From Octopus vulgaris (Eukaryota), in contig OX597830.1 in the NCBI GenBank assembly GCA_951406725.2, forward strand, positions 79,856,001-79,920,000: DNA of 64,000 nt, read 5' to 3'. A program made the translations under genes and the position numbers. This document shows positions 38,135 to 51,550 of the stretch, piece by piece; positions within the stretch are counted from its first letter, which is position 1; the number at the start of each line of letters is the position of its first letter. The notes below the pieces were generated by a model. That model did not search any database, had not been told where the DNA came from, and worked only from the letters and a program-made list of their open reading frames with translations.

Positions 38135-40259
38135 TAGTACAACCTGTTATATGGTCGGGTTGTCGGCAACTAAACCGGTAACCCCACAATGGCTTGCTTG
38201 GTGAGGTGGGTATTTGGTGGATGCCCTGCGGGACAGAAAATAAGACATGTCAAAGGGCGGAGGAACTACAGCGTAGTCAACGGCCATTCAACAACGTATG
38301 TTTGTGGATGTGCGTGTGGAGTGTTTAAGTTTGTGTGTATGTGTTGTAAATATTGCATTTAAAACCTGTGTGCCTATCTGTATATACTGTATATATTGTA
38401 TTTCAAGCTGTTTGTGTGCATATTGTATATTGTGTTTTACATTGTATATATTGTATGTCAATTTTATTCTTAATTTTATTTTTCTTATCTTAGTCTTTTT
38501 TAAATAAATAGATGAGGGTTGGATAGGATTCCTCTGCTTACGCAAGTCGTGGCGAAGGTAGTCTATCTCGGAGAAAGTAACTCTGAATTTAAATACTTCA
38601 CTGCTGTCTTGTAGTTAGCCTTTGGCTGAGCAAAGACTCGGAGAAGAACACTTGGATATAAAATATGCGACTGCAAATGCACCCAATGATCTCGACTTAT
38701 TATTCTTTTTGGATCATGCATTGTAGTTTAGAGAGTGGGAATGGTTGCTGTGCAACACTCTTCCTCGTTTTAAAATGTGTCAGGCACAGGTATTGCTGGA
38801 GAGGAAAAGGAAATGAACATCTTGTATGTACATGGTTGGCCACCAAAACTTAAAAAGGCACAACTAAACAATGAAAGTTCATATTGATACTGAAGCAAAT
38901 GACAAAAAGGGCTCTGGAACATTTTGTTTTGTGGTTTGGCCCGGCAGGTGTCCCAGGGCACGACAACCTGGATCTGGTCGTCATCTTGCAACTGTGAGTA
39001 AATTCAGGTTAAGATGCAAGCCTTTGAATATAGGATGTTGGAATGTTCGAATGTTAGACAATGATTGTCTGAAATCTCGTCCGGAGAGGAGATCCGCGCT
39101 TGTTGAAAAAGAGTTACAGCGACATGAATGTTGTAGAGTTAGCCGAAACAAAAATTCATGGAAAGTGGGATTTGGTAGAGAAATCTGCTGTGTATCATTT
39201 ATTTTGGAGCAGTAGAGAGGAGACCTATAAGACAGAATCAAGAGTGGGATTTACTATCAAAACCACTTTGGTTTCAAACCTTGAGGAACTACCATGTGAT
39301 AATTCTGATCGTTTGATGTCTTCAACACCTCCATTAAGAAAAGGTCGCTATGCAACACTCATTACTGCATATGCTTCAACTATATCTTATATAGATCCCT
39401 TCAGTGCAATCTTCAAAAGCTATTTGAAAGACTATTGCAAAATACATAGCAAACAATGCAGGAGCAGGAATATCACCTTGTTTTACACCATTTTATAGAG
39501 AAATTGGATCTGATAAGGTACCTCCAACATTAGCTCTCACTTCTGTCTTGTCATGAAATTGTCTAAGCATTCTTACAAATTTTTCAGGGCATCCTAGCTT
39601 TTTCAGGATCTCCCAAAGTGCAATTCCATTGATAGAATCAAACGCTTTTGTTAGATCATTGAAAATCTGGTATACGTCCATATCCTGTTCGATGTACTTC
39701 TCTTGCTAAAAATATCATATCCATAGTACTCCTTCTATCCCTAAACTCACATTGCGATTCTGGTAGAACCTCATCAGCAATGTGCAGAAACAATCTGTCC
39801 AGCATTACTCTACAAAGGACCTTTCCAGCAACAACTAACAGATACCGCGATAATTATCACAGACATCGTTTCCATAGTTGCTTCACGCCAATCCGGAGGA
39901 ACCTCTTCACTATGCCAAACCGTCTGAATCACATCCGTCAACATTGTACAGTGATGATCACCACCATATTTATATATCTCTGTACCTAGTCCATCCATGC
40001 CATGAGCATTTCTATAGTTCAATTTCCTGATAGCTGCTTTTATTTCAACCAGGTTTGGAACTTCTGCTATAAGATGTTTTATTGGTCTCCCAGATATATT
40101 ATCAAGAAAAGAGAGGTCAACTTTAGTAGGTCTATTGAGCAAATCGTCAAAATGTTCTTTCCATCTCCCAACAATATCTTTAGGATTTGTTAATAATTCT
40201 GTACCATCCTCGCTCCGAAGCGGCGCAACCTTTGATGACACTGGTCCAGAAACTTTTTT

Positions 40260-40319
<60 letters not shown>

Positions 40320-42070
40320 AAAAAGTTTGGAATTGTTAGCATTTGAAACTTCTTGGATTTCATTGCATATATCACTCCACCAATTTTCCTGCATCATCCT
40401 CAGCTTCGTCTGCACTGTTGCTTTTACTGCCTTGAAGTGTGTAGCCACTGTCCTGATTGCTGACAGGTCAATATTTTGCAACATGTTAAATGCCTTTTGC
40501 TTCTCCTCTAAGATAAAACTAACTTCTTCATCATTATAGTCAAACCAATCTCGGTGTCTTTTTTGCAACAAACCCAAGAATGTTACTACAAATCTTGTAC
40601 ACTCTTTCTTTGAATGACTTCCAGCTTCCACCACAGGACAAATTCCATCACAACTCCCATCACAAACTCATTGCGTACTGATGGAGTCTTAAGTTTATTG
40701 ACATCAATCCGATTAGGTAACATGTCATTATTTGCTCTAACCTTAGGCTTGAGAGCAAAATTCACCTTGGCACGCAAAAGCTTATGATCAATCAAGCACT
40801 CTGCACCACACATCAATCGTAGTATAGCAAAGCCCCTAGTATCTCGTTTCCTGGAGAGGATGTAATCTACAAGGTACCATTTCTTAGAACCAGGGTGCAT
40901 CCATGTTGTTTTACACTTACTCTTTCGTTGAAACATTGTATTCATGATACACAAATCCATCTCTACGCACATATATAACAGTAATAAACAATTATTGTTG
41001 GAACTCCCAACGCTATGCTTTCCTAAGACACCCCAGGTCTACAAATCTGCACCAACGCGTGCATTAAAATCACCTAAAATGACAACTTTGTCATCATGAG
41101 TAACGCTGCGTATAATCACTGTTAAGTGATAGATAGAAGGCAAGTTTATCATCTATATAAGATATAGGACAAGAGGAAAGCTGTTCAATCTCAAAAGACT
41201 CTGTGCCAAAAGGAAAGATGATTGTGACCTGTTGGAACATTCCCAGAAAGGTATGCAGCATATTGTGAATGCGATTTCTGCAGCATGTGCAGCATTTGGT
41301 CTAACGATCAATCTAAAAAAAAACTGTTATGAAGTACCAGCCCACTCCCACAAAATGTATGTGGAACCTTTTATAACTGTGAATAGTCAAAGGTTGGAGG
41401 CTGCACCTAGACTTATTTATTTAGGAAGTACCTTGAGCGCTGCTGGTCTTCATGATAACATTTCATACAGAATCAGCAGGGCTAGTAGTGCTTTTGGTAG
41501 ACTAGATAGTCGTCTGTGGAAACAACATAATATAAATTAAAGTTAAGGTATATAACAGGTGCGACCTCCCATCTTTGTTATAGGGGAGTGAGGTGAGGCA
41601 TGGGTTGTTTAATGTAGGCTTGTAAGTCATTGGAATGATACCATGAATACTGTCTGAGAAAAGGTTTGAGGATAAACTGGAAAAATGGCCATGAGTAATG
41701 TGGCGCTGCTTGAGAGGAGTGGCAGTAGAAGTACAGATTCAAAGATTTTGTAAAAAACTTTGAGGTTGGAGTCGGGAGACATTTGGTAAGGATGAGTGAT
41801 GAGCGACTACCCAAGAAGCTATTGTGTGGTGAGCTGGAAGACGGCAGGAGACCAGCACATAAGCCTAAACTAAGATTTAAGGATTGCCTTAAGAATGCTC
41901 TAATACAGACAGGAATTACAGCTGGTGATTGAGAGAGGGAGACACAAGACCGCGATGGATGGAAGAAGATAGTGCATGATGGTTGTTCAAGGTTCGAGGG
42001 GGAGAGAATGAAGTATGAGATAATTAGAAGGGAGTTTAGAAGGAGGGAACCAGTGGAAAGTGAGAGAGTG

Positions 42071-42125
<55 letters not shown>

Positions 42126-42590
42126 GTTTGTGGGAAGAGGTGTTTGACTCGTGCAGGCCTGGTGAGCCATCAAAAATCTTACAGGAATCGACCCATGATA
42201 AACAGTGATGTGGCTATTAAAATTCACAACGGAACATGTCTCAAATGTGGAAGAGAGTGCCTCTCATCTGGAGGTCTGGAAAGACACGTTAAGAGAGTGA
42301 ATATGGTGGCACCTGTTTCTGCTGCCAGCCAGCACAGTTGTGCAGTATGTAATAAAATGTGTAAAAGTTTGGTTGGGCTTAAAAGTCATATAAGCGCATC
42401 ACATGGCATCAACAATGAGTCATTTCAGTAAGTCTTTTTGGAAATGGCTTTTCTCGTGTAACGAGGGTGCAGCTATGATGTATGTATGTATGTATGTATG
42501 TATGTATGTATGTATGTATGTATGCATGTATGTATGTATGTATGTATGTATGTATGTATGTATGTATGTATGTATGTATGTATGTATGTA

Positions 42591-42600
<10 letters not shown>
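38135..42600 (+). mobile_element. Near full-length decayed RTE LINE with its central 39397-41150 segment inverted
   Basis: On +: leader and endonuclease N-terminus (IGCWNVR..RPERRSALV). On -: endonuclease C-terminus to mid-RT (VILGDFNARVG, TTWMHPGSKKW, DLTKAFDSI). On + again: RT C-terminus (IYLGSTL, ERLPKKLL), C2H2 fingers and a (TATG)n tail. Confidence 0.9.
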
Positions 42601-42643
<43 letters not shown>

Positions 42644-42680
42644 ATGTAATTGTAATATGTGACAATTATTTACTAGCCGT

Positions 42681-42741
42681 GATAAAAGTCCGAGTTTCGG
42701 ATGTCGGGGTGGAAAGCCACGCCGCCATCTCTTCAGTTATC
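42681..42741 (-). ncRNA. Degenerate hammerhead ribozyme motif downstream of a Penelope-like element
   Basis: The minus strand reads gataa-CTGAAGA-gatggcggcgtgg cttt ccaccccgacatc c-GAAA-ctcggac-tt-ttatc. Stem I and a long stem II pair; stem III is imperfect. Confidence 0.55.
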
Positions 42742-43489
42742 CGGCCATCAGAAGAAACGCTATGAAAATGAACCGTTAAACAAAGGGAAATTACTGTGTG
42801 ATTGACCGTTATTAAGACAAAAGAGCTATTTGAATGACCGCTAAGTGAGGGGAGGGAGTAAAAGTAAGGGGATAAAATGTTCATAGTATTCGCGTAAGCG
42901 CGCATGTCCATACCTACACATGCGCGTCCGCACACCCACGCACATGCACCTATAAGTATACACTCATTCACCCTCACTTGAAACGTACACATTCTCACCC
43001 ACACCATTCGCCATACACACATGCGCACCAACTAGGTTCGTACACACATCTATATACGCACACACCCGTATGCACGCACACACACGCGTCTATATACGCA
43101 CATACTCGCATGCACGCACACACACACATCTATATATGCACATATCAACACACACGCACACATCTATACGCACGCACAAACGATTCCATTTATACGTCTA
43201 TATACGCACAGGTAAAATGCAGGGTGGAAGGTAGAATAAGGAAAAATTATGAGTAAAATATATATGAGCAATAAACCTATAAAACTATCTCTATAGATAT
43301 GTAAAAAATACGTATAAAAGATATATAAATATATATAAAAATATATAAGAAATATAAGTAAAAATTATAAAGAGATAAAAAGCTTGTACGTGAACACAAT
43401 ACAGAAAGCAAGTCCTATCTGTAATCTCGGCAGGACCAAAAACGTAACAAATATTGAGCCACGCATGGGCATGATCCGAAAAGTTCAAT

Positions 43490-44650
43490 TCTTGAATTCA
43501 GACATGTAGCGGGGTCTAAGCTGCTTTTCCAGATGAGCCATCTTTCCATATCACAAAGACCACACTTTCCACTGCCGTTGGTGTAGGGTTTAAACTTGGC
43601 TAAGATCTTCTAATGGATGTTGTAACTGACACCTTTATTCTTTAATGACCATATATGACTGGATAATTTGGTCGTTTTCCTTTTATCCCAGTGCCTGGAG
43701 CTCAAGGTGTGATTATCGAACCTGGCCTTGAAACTACCCTCTGTAAGGCCTATGTATTTCTTCGTCGAAACCGTGTCCTTAGTGTATATAGATTCTACGG
43801 TGGCTTCATAAATGATGGTCTCGGTCATGCAAGCTCCATTTAGCGGGCACAAATTTTTATCCCTGCATGAACAGCTGGTTTTGTATTGTGATTTTTGTGG
43901 GTTGTGTGCGATTATATTTTTTAAATTGGTAGTTGAGCTGAAACTGATTTTTAAGTTATGTCTATTGAAGAGCTTTCTGTAAGTATGGTTGACTGGAACA
44001 TGTCTATCAGTGCTAAGAAATTCTTGCCTATATTGAAGCTCACCTCGGGTGAGTAGGGGTGTGTGAACCAGATAGTTTTCCTATTTCTATGTTTCCTCTT
44101 TATTATTGGACTGGTGGCAGGTGTTTAGGTTATTTCCTCGCCAAAACCATTATCTTTTATATCTTTTATCTTTTCAAACGCTATTAAAAATGTCCCTATC
44201 GGAGGAGAGGCTAGAAAATCTTTTGCTAAAGATTTTAACTAAATTTTTAAACAGTACGGGGGGGATGGCAAGAATCCACATTAACATATCTAAGTCTATC
44301 GTTGGGCTTCCTATAAGGCTTATAAATGTTCTTATTTAGATCTAAGGATACACCTAGGAAATTGACAACCGCCAGGTTGGTGTCTGTAGTCATGCTAAGT
44401 CTGTAGTCATGCTAAGTCTGTAGTCATGCTAAGTCTGTAGTCATGCTAAGTCATGCTAAGATAACGTCCTTCCTAAACCGATCCTGTGCTGGTCCTTTGG
44501 TATTAGCAGTTAAGGCGAGGGCATCATCTTTGTAAATGGCGAAGTATACGTCAGGAAAGATCTTGCCCAACGTATCGAGTAGGAATAGTCCAATAAGATA
44601 GCAAAGAGATACACCAATAATAAAAATAAAAATACATCGCATCAAAGTCT
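43490..44650 (-). mobile_element. Penelope-like element fragment (RT plus GIY-YIG endonuclease)
   Basis: IYKDDALAL (RT) and CPLNGACMTETIIYEATV...KYIGLTEGSFKARFDNH (GIY-YIG). Confidence 0.9.
44383..44460. repeat. 17-bp minisatellite (tctgtagtcatgctaag) x4 plus a partial copy
   Basis: Direct reading; it lies inside the Penelope RT remnant. Confidence 0.9.
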
Positions 44651-44667
44651 TGAACGATAGTATACAA

Positions 44668-46403
44668 ATCGCACATAGAACTGGATGCGGATATAAATGT
44701 TACGGCAAAACGATCGGCCACCTTTTATATATGGATGACCTAAAACTATACGCTGCAAATGACAAACAGCTGGAAACACTATTAAAGACAGTTCATGGAT
44801 TTACCAAAGAAATAGATATGAAATTTGGATTAGAAAAATGCGCCAAAGTAACCATGAAAAGAGGAAAACTAGTTAAGAGTAGCAACATCACACTAGATAA
44901 AACCAATGAAATAAAAGAATTAGACCAAAGCCAAACTTACAAATACTTAGGAATCCATGAACTAGATAAGACACAACACACACAAATGAAAGAGAAACTA
45001 AAAAAGAATATTATAGACGAGTTAGATCAATACTAAAAACAGAGCTCAATGCTAAAAACAAAATAATAGGTATTAACACTTTAGCTGTCCCAGTTATAAG
45101 TTACAGCTACAATATCCTTAACTGGACACGAAATGAACTGACCAAAATAGATAGGAAAACAAGAAAAATAATGACAGGATCTAGGATGCATTACCCAAAA
45201 TCTGACATAGAAAGACTATATATACAACGTATAGAAGGTGGTAGGGGCCTTATACAGCTGGAAAACTACTATAAAATAACCACCATAGGACTGCAAAAAT
45301 ATCTACTTCAGAAGGAAGGAAGACTGATACAAATAGCGGCAAAACACGAGCAAAAAACTGTTCTCAGTATTTAAGGAAAAAAACTGTTCTCAGTATTTAA
45401 GGAAGCTGACAAATACAAACAGGAAATCATACCACCTAATAAATATGAAGAAGAAGAAGAAGAAGATGAAGAAACAACAAAAGCTATAAAACAAATGAAA
45501 TCCAAACTAAAAATAGAACAGCAACGAACCATGATAAAACGATGGCAAGAAAAGCCCTTCATGGTAAATACTGGACTAAACTAAACGCAAAAGAAATAGA
45601 CAAAGAAAAATCCCAGCAATGGTTGAGAAGCTCAGGACTCAAAGCAGAAACAGAGGGATTTTTAATTGCAGCACAAGACCAAAGCCTCCCCACCAGAAAT
45701 TACCAAAAACATGTAATGAAAAGAAATATTTCAAGTAACTGCAGAATATGTGGAGATGGACAAGAAACAATAAATCATATTATCTCTAGCTGCCCAGTCC
45801 TGGCTAAGAAGGAATATATTCACAGACATGACAGAGTTGGAACCTACATACATTGGAAGCTATGCCAACATTATGGAATAACAACAGAAAAAAGATGGTA
45901 TAGGCACACACCAGAAAAGGTCACAGAAAACGAGAAAGCAACCATACTCTGGGATATGCTGATACACACAGATAGAGAAATTAAGGCCAACAGACCAGGT
46001 ATAGTTGTCAGAGATCATGAAGAAAAAAAATGCTTTCTAATTGATGTATCAATACCGGCAGATGACAACGTGTCTATAAAAGACATTTAGAAACTCTCAA
46101 AATACAAAGACCTGGAAATAGAGGTAACTAGAATGTGGAATCTGAAAACAGAAACAATTCCTATCATAGTAGGTGCATTAAGCATGATAAAAAAATAATC
46201 AGACAAATACATAACAAAAACACCAGGACTTACAAACACATATAACGTACAGAAAATTGCACTACTAGGCACTGCACACATCCTACGCAGAACACTTTCC
46301 ATACAATAACCATCAGAGCATCACAACAAATCACAGCACATACCCAAGGCACACAAAGCTGCGCTCGGTAGTGAAGTGAAAGCACGCTATAAAAATAAAA
46401 CTA

Positions 46404-46483
<80 letters not shown>

Positions 46484-46485
46484 GG

Positions 46486-46548
<63 letters not shown>
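44668..46548 (+). mobile_element. 5'-truncated R4/Dong-clade LINE with a (TAA)n tail
   Basis: RT motifs HLLYMDDLKLY and YKYLG; CCHC knuckle CRICGDGQETINHIISSC; RHD; restriction-like endonuclease NRPGIVV..LIDVSIP. There are few frameshifts. (TAA)n runs 46409-46548. Confidence 0.93.
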
Positions 46549-46603
46549 TAACAACATTGAAAAATACCTTAGGAATGAGAACCCAGGTTCGAAATTTCCC
46601 CAA

Positions 46604-46649
46604 GACACCTGATGAAGGCTGGAGAGTATATCAGCCGAAACGTTGTGTT
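46604..46649 (+). ncRNA. Minimal Penelope-type hammerhead ribozyme motif
   Basis: gacac-CTGATGA-a-ggctg gagagtatat cagcc-GAAA-cgtt-gtgtt. Stems I and II pair, and a palindromic AACGTT replaces stem III. Confidence 0.7.
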
Positions 46650-46790
46650 AACAAGAAACAAGATGAGGACAAATATCCGTCAAATGTAAATAATGTAGAA
46701 AATACTTTGTAGGCAATAAAAGTGTAAACATGTAAAACTATATAAATACAATAATATTGTAAAATTCCGGTTTCTTTCGGGTAAACCCTC

Positions 46791-46835
<45 letters not shown>

Positions 46836-47951
46836 GTGTGTGTATGTTTGTGTGTGTGTGTGGTGTGCGTGTGTGTGTCTGAGTGTGTATGTGTATATGT
46901 CTGTGTCTGTGTGCATAAAATAAAGTTCACAATGGAAAAGTGGTATAGCAATTAATTATTTATTTCTCCTAATATCTATAAAGTTCACAAAAGATTAATA
47001 AGTAAATAAAATATCCGACACATCCTTCAGCTAATTTACCAAGAGCATATCCGTTTATGATTATATAATTAAATGATTCAATAATTAAATAATTAATCAA
47101 TACAATGCATTTAGGAAAACAGCTTCATCAGGGAACTTAAGAGAAAGTTCCTTGTTACAACATTTTGGTAAATAAAAATAACGCAAATCTCTATTAAACC
47201 GTTAGGAGCATTTTCGCTGTCAGGAATCTGCGTGTGTGTAGGAGGTAGATAGAATACACTTCAAACAAAATGACTAATCTAAATTATTACGCTCAGCAAT
47301 AGTATACAAACAAAAACTGCATGACATTATGTTCCGTAAACCGAATCTTCTTTGCTAATTGTTAACCTTACTTTAATTATAGTATAAGTTAATATTTCTA
47401 AATTCTACTTTATATAGTTGTCTATATAAATATGATTTACATATATCGACAACTAAACCCCCACTCATAGACATAAACATCAATACACACAGACACATAT
47501 ACATATACATAAATTCATGCATACACATACATACACACCCATTCAGACTCATATACACCCATACATACACATATATACACATATATGCCTATACATATAT
47601 AAATGTATATATATATATATATATATATATATTTACACACACACACAAACATATATATATGGAAAAAAGTCAAGATAGAAAATGCTAAAATAATTTTTTA
47701 AAAAACATTTCAGTACCGGTTCCGTTCATTGAGACTTTTTCAGCTGCAAGTATGGAAATTTGGAAAAAATTAAATGAAAAGTATTTTAAAAGAATATTTA
47801 CATAATATTCAAATACAAGAGGCATTTTCCTTGTTTCTGCCTGTCTCTGTCTCCCTTGTTTACACTTGTGGGTTCGATGTCGAAACCACAAGAGTAAGCA
47901 AGAGAGACAGAGATTGACTTGATCTTCTCTCTCTCTCTCTCTTTCTCTCTC

Positions 47952-48005
<54 letters not shown>

Positions 48006-49005
48006 CGTCATGATTCCTTATGTGTTTAAATATACAATATGTAGTATGACTAATATATAGTCTTTTTGACTAATTGTTTTACACGTTAGACCACTGGAAA
48101 TGTAAATTTTGATTAAATGTTTATAATTTTAATTAAATTCTATTTCCCTTTGATATGATTATATATACATCATTGTCAGATCATTAACCTTTATCAAGTT
48201 AGATTCAGAACAAAGGCATATTTCTAAATATAGAACCAATATACATAGAAAATTCTGAATATACAAAATATATTTAAATATTAATTTGAACATTAACCTC
48301 ATCATTTATATAATAATAATTGATACATGATTTACCAGCCAATCAAGAACGTTCAATATAACTTTCACATGTTTTGTCAAACAACAGAAATATATGATTT
48401 ATTATATGACGCTCAACTAGTGCAAAGATTGTATGTCAACAACATATATGGCTATACAGACATAAGCACATGTACATAGACACACACACACACACACACA
48501 TATATACAAAAGTATAGCTATACCTATACACACACACACACTCATCCTCATCTTCAGAGATACATAGAGACATAGACAGAGATATACATACACAGTAAAA
48601 CAATGAATCAATGGCTAGTTATTGTACGTTATTAATTTGTTTTTGTTGTGAGCATGGTTTCCTTCTACTAGTATGTTGAGGTACTACCTCAACATACAAG
48701 TAGAAGACTGTTTTCCAAAATGGAGTCGAACACCTTCATGTGATAGACTTGAAAACTTGTCTAGACACAAGGATATTTTCCTACTTTTCTTAACATGAAA
48801 CCAATGGTAGCCTTAATTCACAGATAAAGAAATTATGTACACGGCTACCAACGGCAATAATATCTAGGAGCTTTGTTCTATTTTGTGTAAGAAACATTTT
48901 AAAAACCTTTTAAGCTAAAAAATTAAATATATAATTTCTTCAACTTTGTCTAACTAAGAAAAGATTATCTCCCTTTTGATTATTCCCCAGAGGCAAACCA
49001 CGTTC

Positions 49006-49163
<158 letters not shown>

Positions 49164-49249
49164 TACATACATACATACATACATACATACATACATACAT
49201 ACATACATACATACATACATACATACATACATGCTTCAACCTATTTGGC

Positions 49250-49860
49250 TCGGAATTCACTTCAAAAAACGACAGGGATTTACAATTAGGATTAATTTCA
49301 TTTGTGCTTGCCAAGTTTTTTTTTTTTATTTATGTATTAACTTGTTCAGGATGCCGACACAACTATATAGGCCAAACAAAGATGCCACTTAGACGGAGAA
49401 CTATATTTCCTAAAGAAAAGATTCATTTCCCAAGGTGCAAATACATATCATTCAGCGAACAAATAGAGATGTGCAGGGAATTTCCCCTTCTACAAGTGCA
49501 GGGAAACAATCTCTGTATAAGAATGATTAAATAAAATGAAAAATACAAACCGTATCTGGATATGAAGGCATAACCAATTTTGGATTTTTTAAATATTTAA
49601 TTCATGAACGCATAACCAACTTCGTAGTATAAATACTGTAAATTTACCCTCCCCCAAAAGTGTAACCCACAAAAAGTGTTCCGCGAGAAATAACAATCAC
49701 CAATTACCTCTCCTTAGATTTTTTGACATACTGGTTCATTTTCAAGCAATCTCTAATGCAATCAAAATGGTCTAAAAACTCCTTAAAATGCTATGAAATT
49801 GCAGTATTTCCACCGATTTCCCAGCCATAATTAGCAAAACGCGAAACCGGTAGACTATGA
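49250..49860 (+). mobile_element. Penelope-like GIY-YIG fragment and decayed 3' region
   Basis: IYVLTCSGCRHNYIGQTKMPLRRR; a downstream 'cgaaaccggta' hammerhead-like remnant lies at ~49842. Confidence 0.75.
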
Positions 49861-49990
49861 TAATACTCTATTATAAAATATATTAAAAGTATATAGATTG
49901 TGTGCATTTTCCTCCTTTTACTATATGTTTGATATTTCTCACCCCTTCAACTTATTACTCAGTGAAAATCTCTTCATGGAAATTTCTTAC

Positions 49991-50072
<82 letters not shown>

Positions 50073-50074
50073 AT

Positions 50075-50700
50075 GTGAGGTTTCTCATGAGTGCTACCAG
50101 TAACATGGAATCCAGTGAAGTTGTTACATGGTCGAGTAATGGACGACTCAACCGGCTTCACCACTAGGCTTGCCTGATCAGGAGGGATACTAGAAACCCA
50201 GCAGGACTAAAAACAAGACTTGCTAAAGGGACAGATGAACCTTGTGTATGTTCAACAACTATCTTGCAACAGTACTGGATCTCAGAAATCCCGCGTTGGT
50301 GTCCGGTGAATTGGAAGACCCCTGGGAGAAAGTCACTCTGAATTAAAAATATATAGGGAACGGCATTGAACATTTTGAAGATCTTTTGTTTGCACTTGTG
50401 AGTATGGTCCTCCATATCCAGTGCAACAACGGGCCTGCGACCCGTGGTTGCACTGGATATCTTGCGTTGGCTTTTCTCTGGATCATCAAAGATGAGTGGT
50501 GAAGAGGGCCTGTGAGGTGTTGTGAAGCCTTATTGGACCTAAGATTGTAGGTTGTGCAATTGCCAACGAGGCGACTCTGTGATACCCAGTCCAGTAGAGA
50601 GGCGAAGCGGGCGTGAACTTTTGTGAAGCCAACAGTGGGTGCAAGGACCACATGCACGGGCAATGCCGGCATTTTGCCTGGACACTGGTCATTGTTGGTT
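50075..50700 (+). mobile_element. RTE-like LINE 5' UTR fragment
   Basis: Shares 'gagtgctac..catggtcg..ggcttgc', 'actctgaatt' and 'tggatcat' in the same order as the leaders at 33187 and 38135. Confidence 0.6.
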
Positions 50701-50999
50701 GCTAGTGGATTACCATTACATAAATGTTTCTGTTTCATATTCTCCATGAATGAAAGAATAAATGAAAATCAGTCACTCGCATTTTACGATTAATTGTTGA
50801 CACTCTTCGAAGTGTTACAACTAATAATAAATGTCTTATTTATTAAGATACTACCTTAACTACCGAAGTAAATAATTGTGTTAAATGCTGAAAGCTCAAA
50901 TTTAAACATTATCCTAGTTCGTTTCTCTATTTGGGGATGATCAATTTATCTTTTGGACTTTCCTCATTATTGTAGATTCCATTTTTATTGACTCAGCCA

Positions 51000-51550
51000 T
51001 TATAGAAGCTGGTGTTTGAGACCACGGCCACCATACATGCTTGAGAAGTATAGCCTATCAAAATCTCCAATGGATTTGAAGTTTCCGTACCACCTAGCAG
51101 CTCATGGGATATATATCTATCTCACTGAGTTCTGATAGTGACCAGTTCAGAACGTATAGTGTAGGTGTGAGGAAAAGCACTGCAAAGGAGTAGTACACGT
51201 GTTGTAAGCTGAGAGTTCAGATGACCATAGTTTTTTACCCTCTTCAAGTACTTATAGTTTGTCCTCTCCTTATTGATGGATCCGACATTCTCATCCTGTT
51301 CAAGACATTTGTAAGTTTTCCCAGAGAGCTGAGGCTGTATTTCTAGGTGGTTAATGTTTAATGTGTTGGAGAGGGGGAAAAGGTTACCAAATTTTGTCTC
51401 TCAAAGTTTACATTTGGACACAACAAATTCCATTCCGATATCTTTTGAGAAACGGATTATGAGATCCAGTTGCTCTTTATCGTGATTAATATTTGGCTCA
51501 TACTGCTTCAGATCATTAACAAAGAAAAGATAAGAGATGTTATTGAAACC
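51000..51550 (-). mobile_element. Old R4/Dong-like RT fragment
   Basis: The minus strand reads LFFVNDLKQY..IRFSKDIGMEFVVSKC..ETYKCLEQDENVG. Confidence 0.6.

Noticed and set aside
44383-44460. CRISPR-like short repeats
   Set aside because: They are contiguous repeats without spacers, in a eukaryotic context with no cas genes.
47120-47140. CTGATGA on - (also CTGATGA near 31543)
   Set aside because: There is no properly placed GAAA and stem set to complete a hammerhead.
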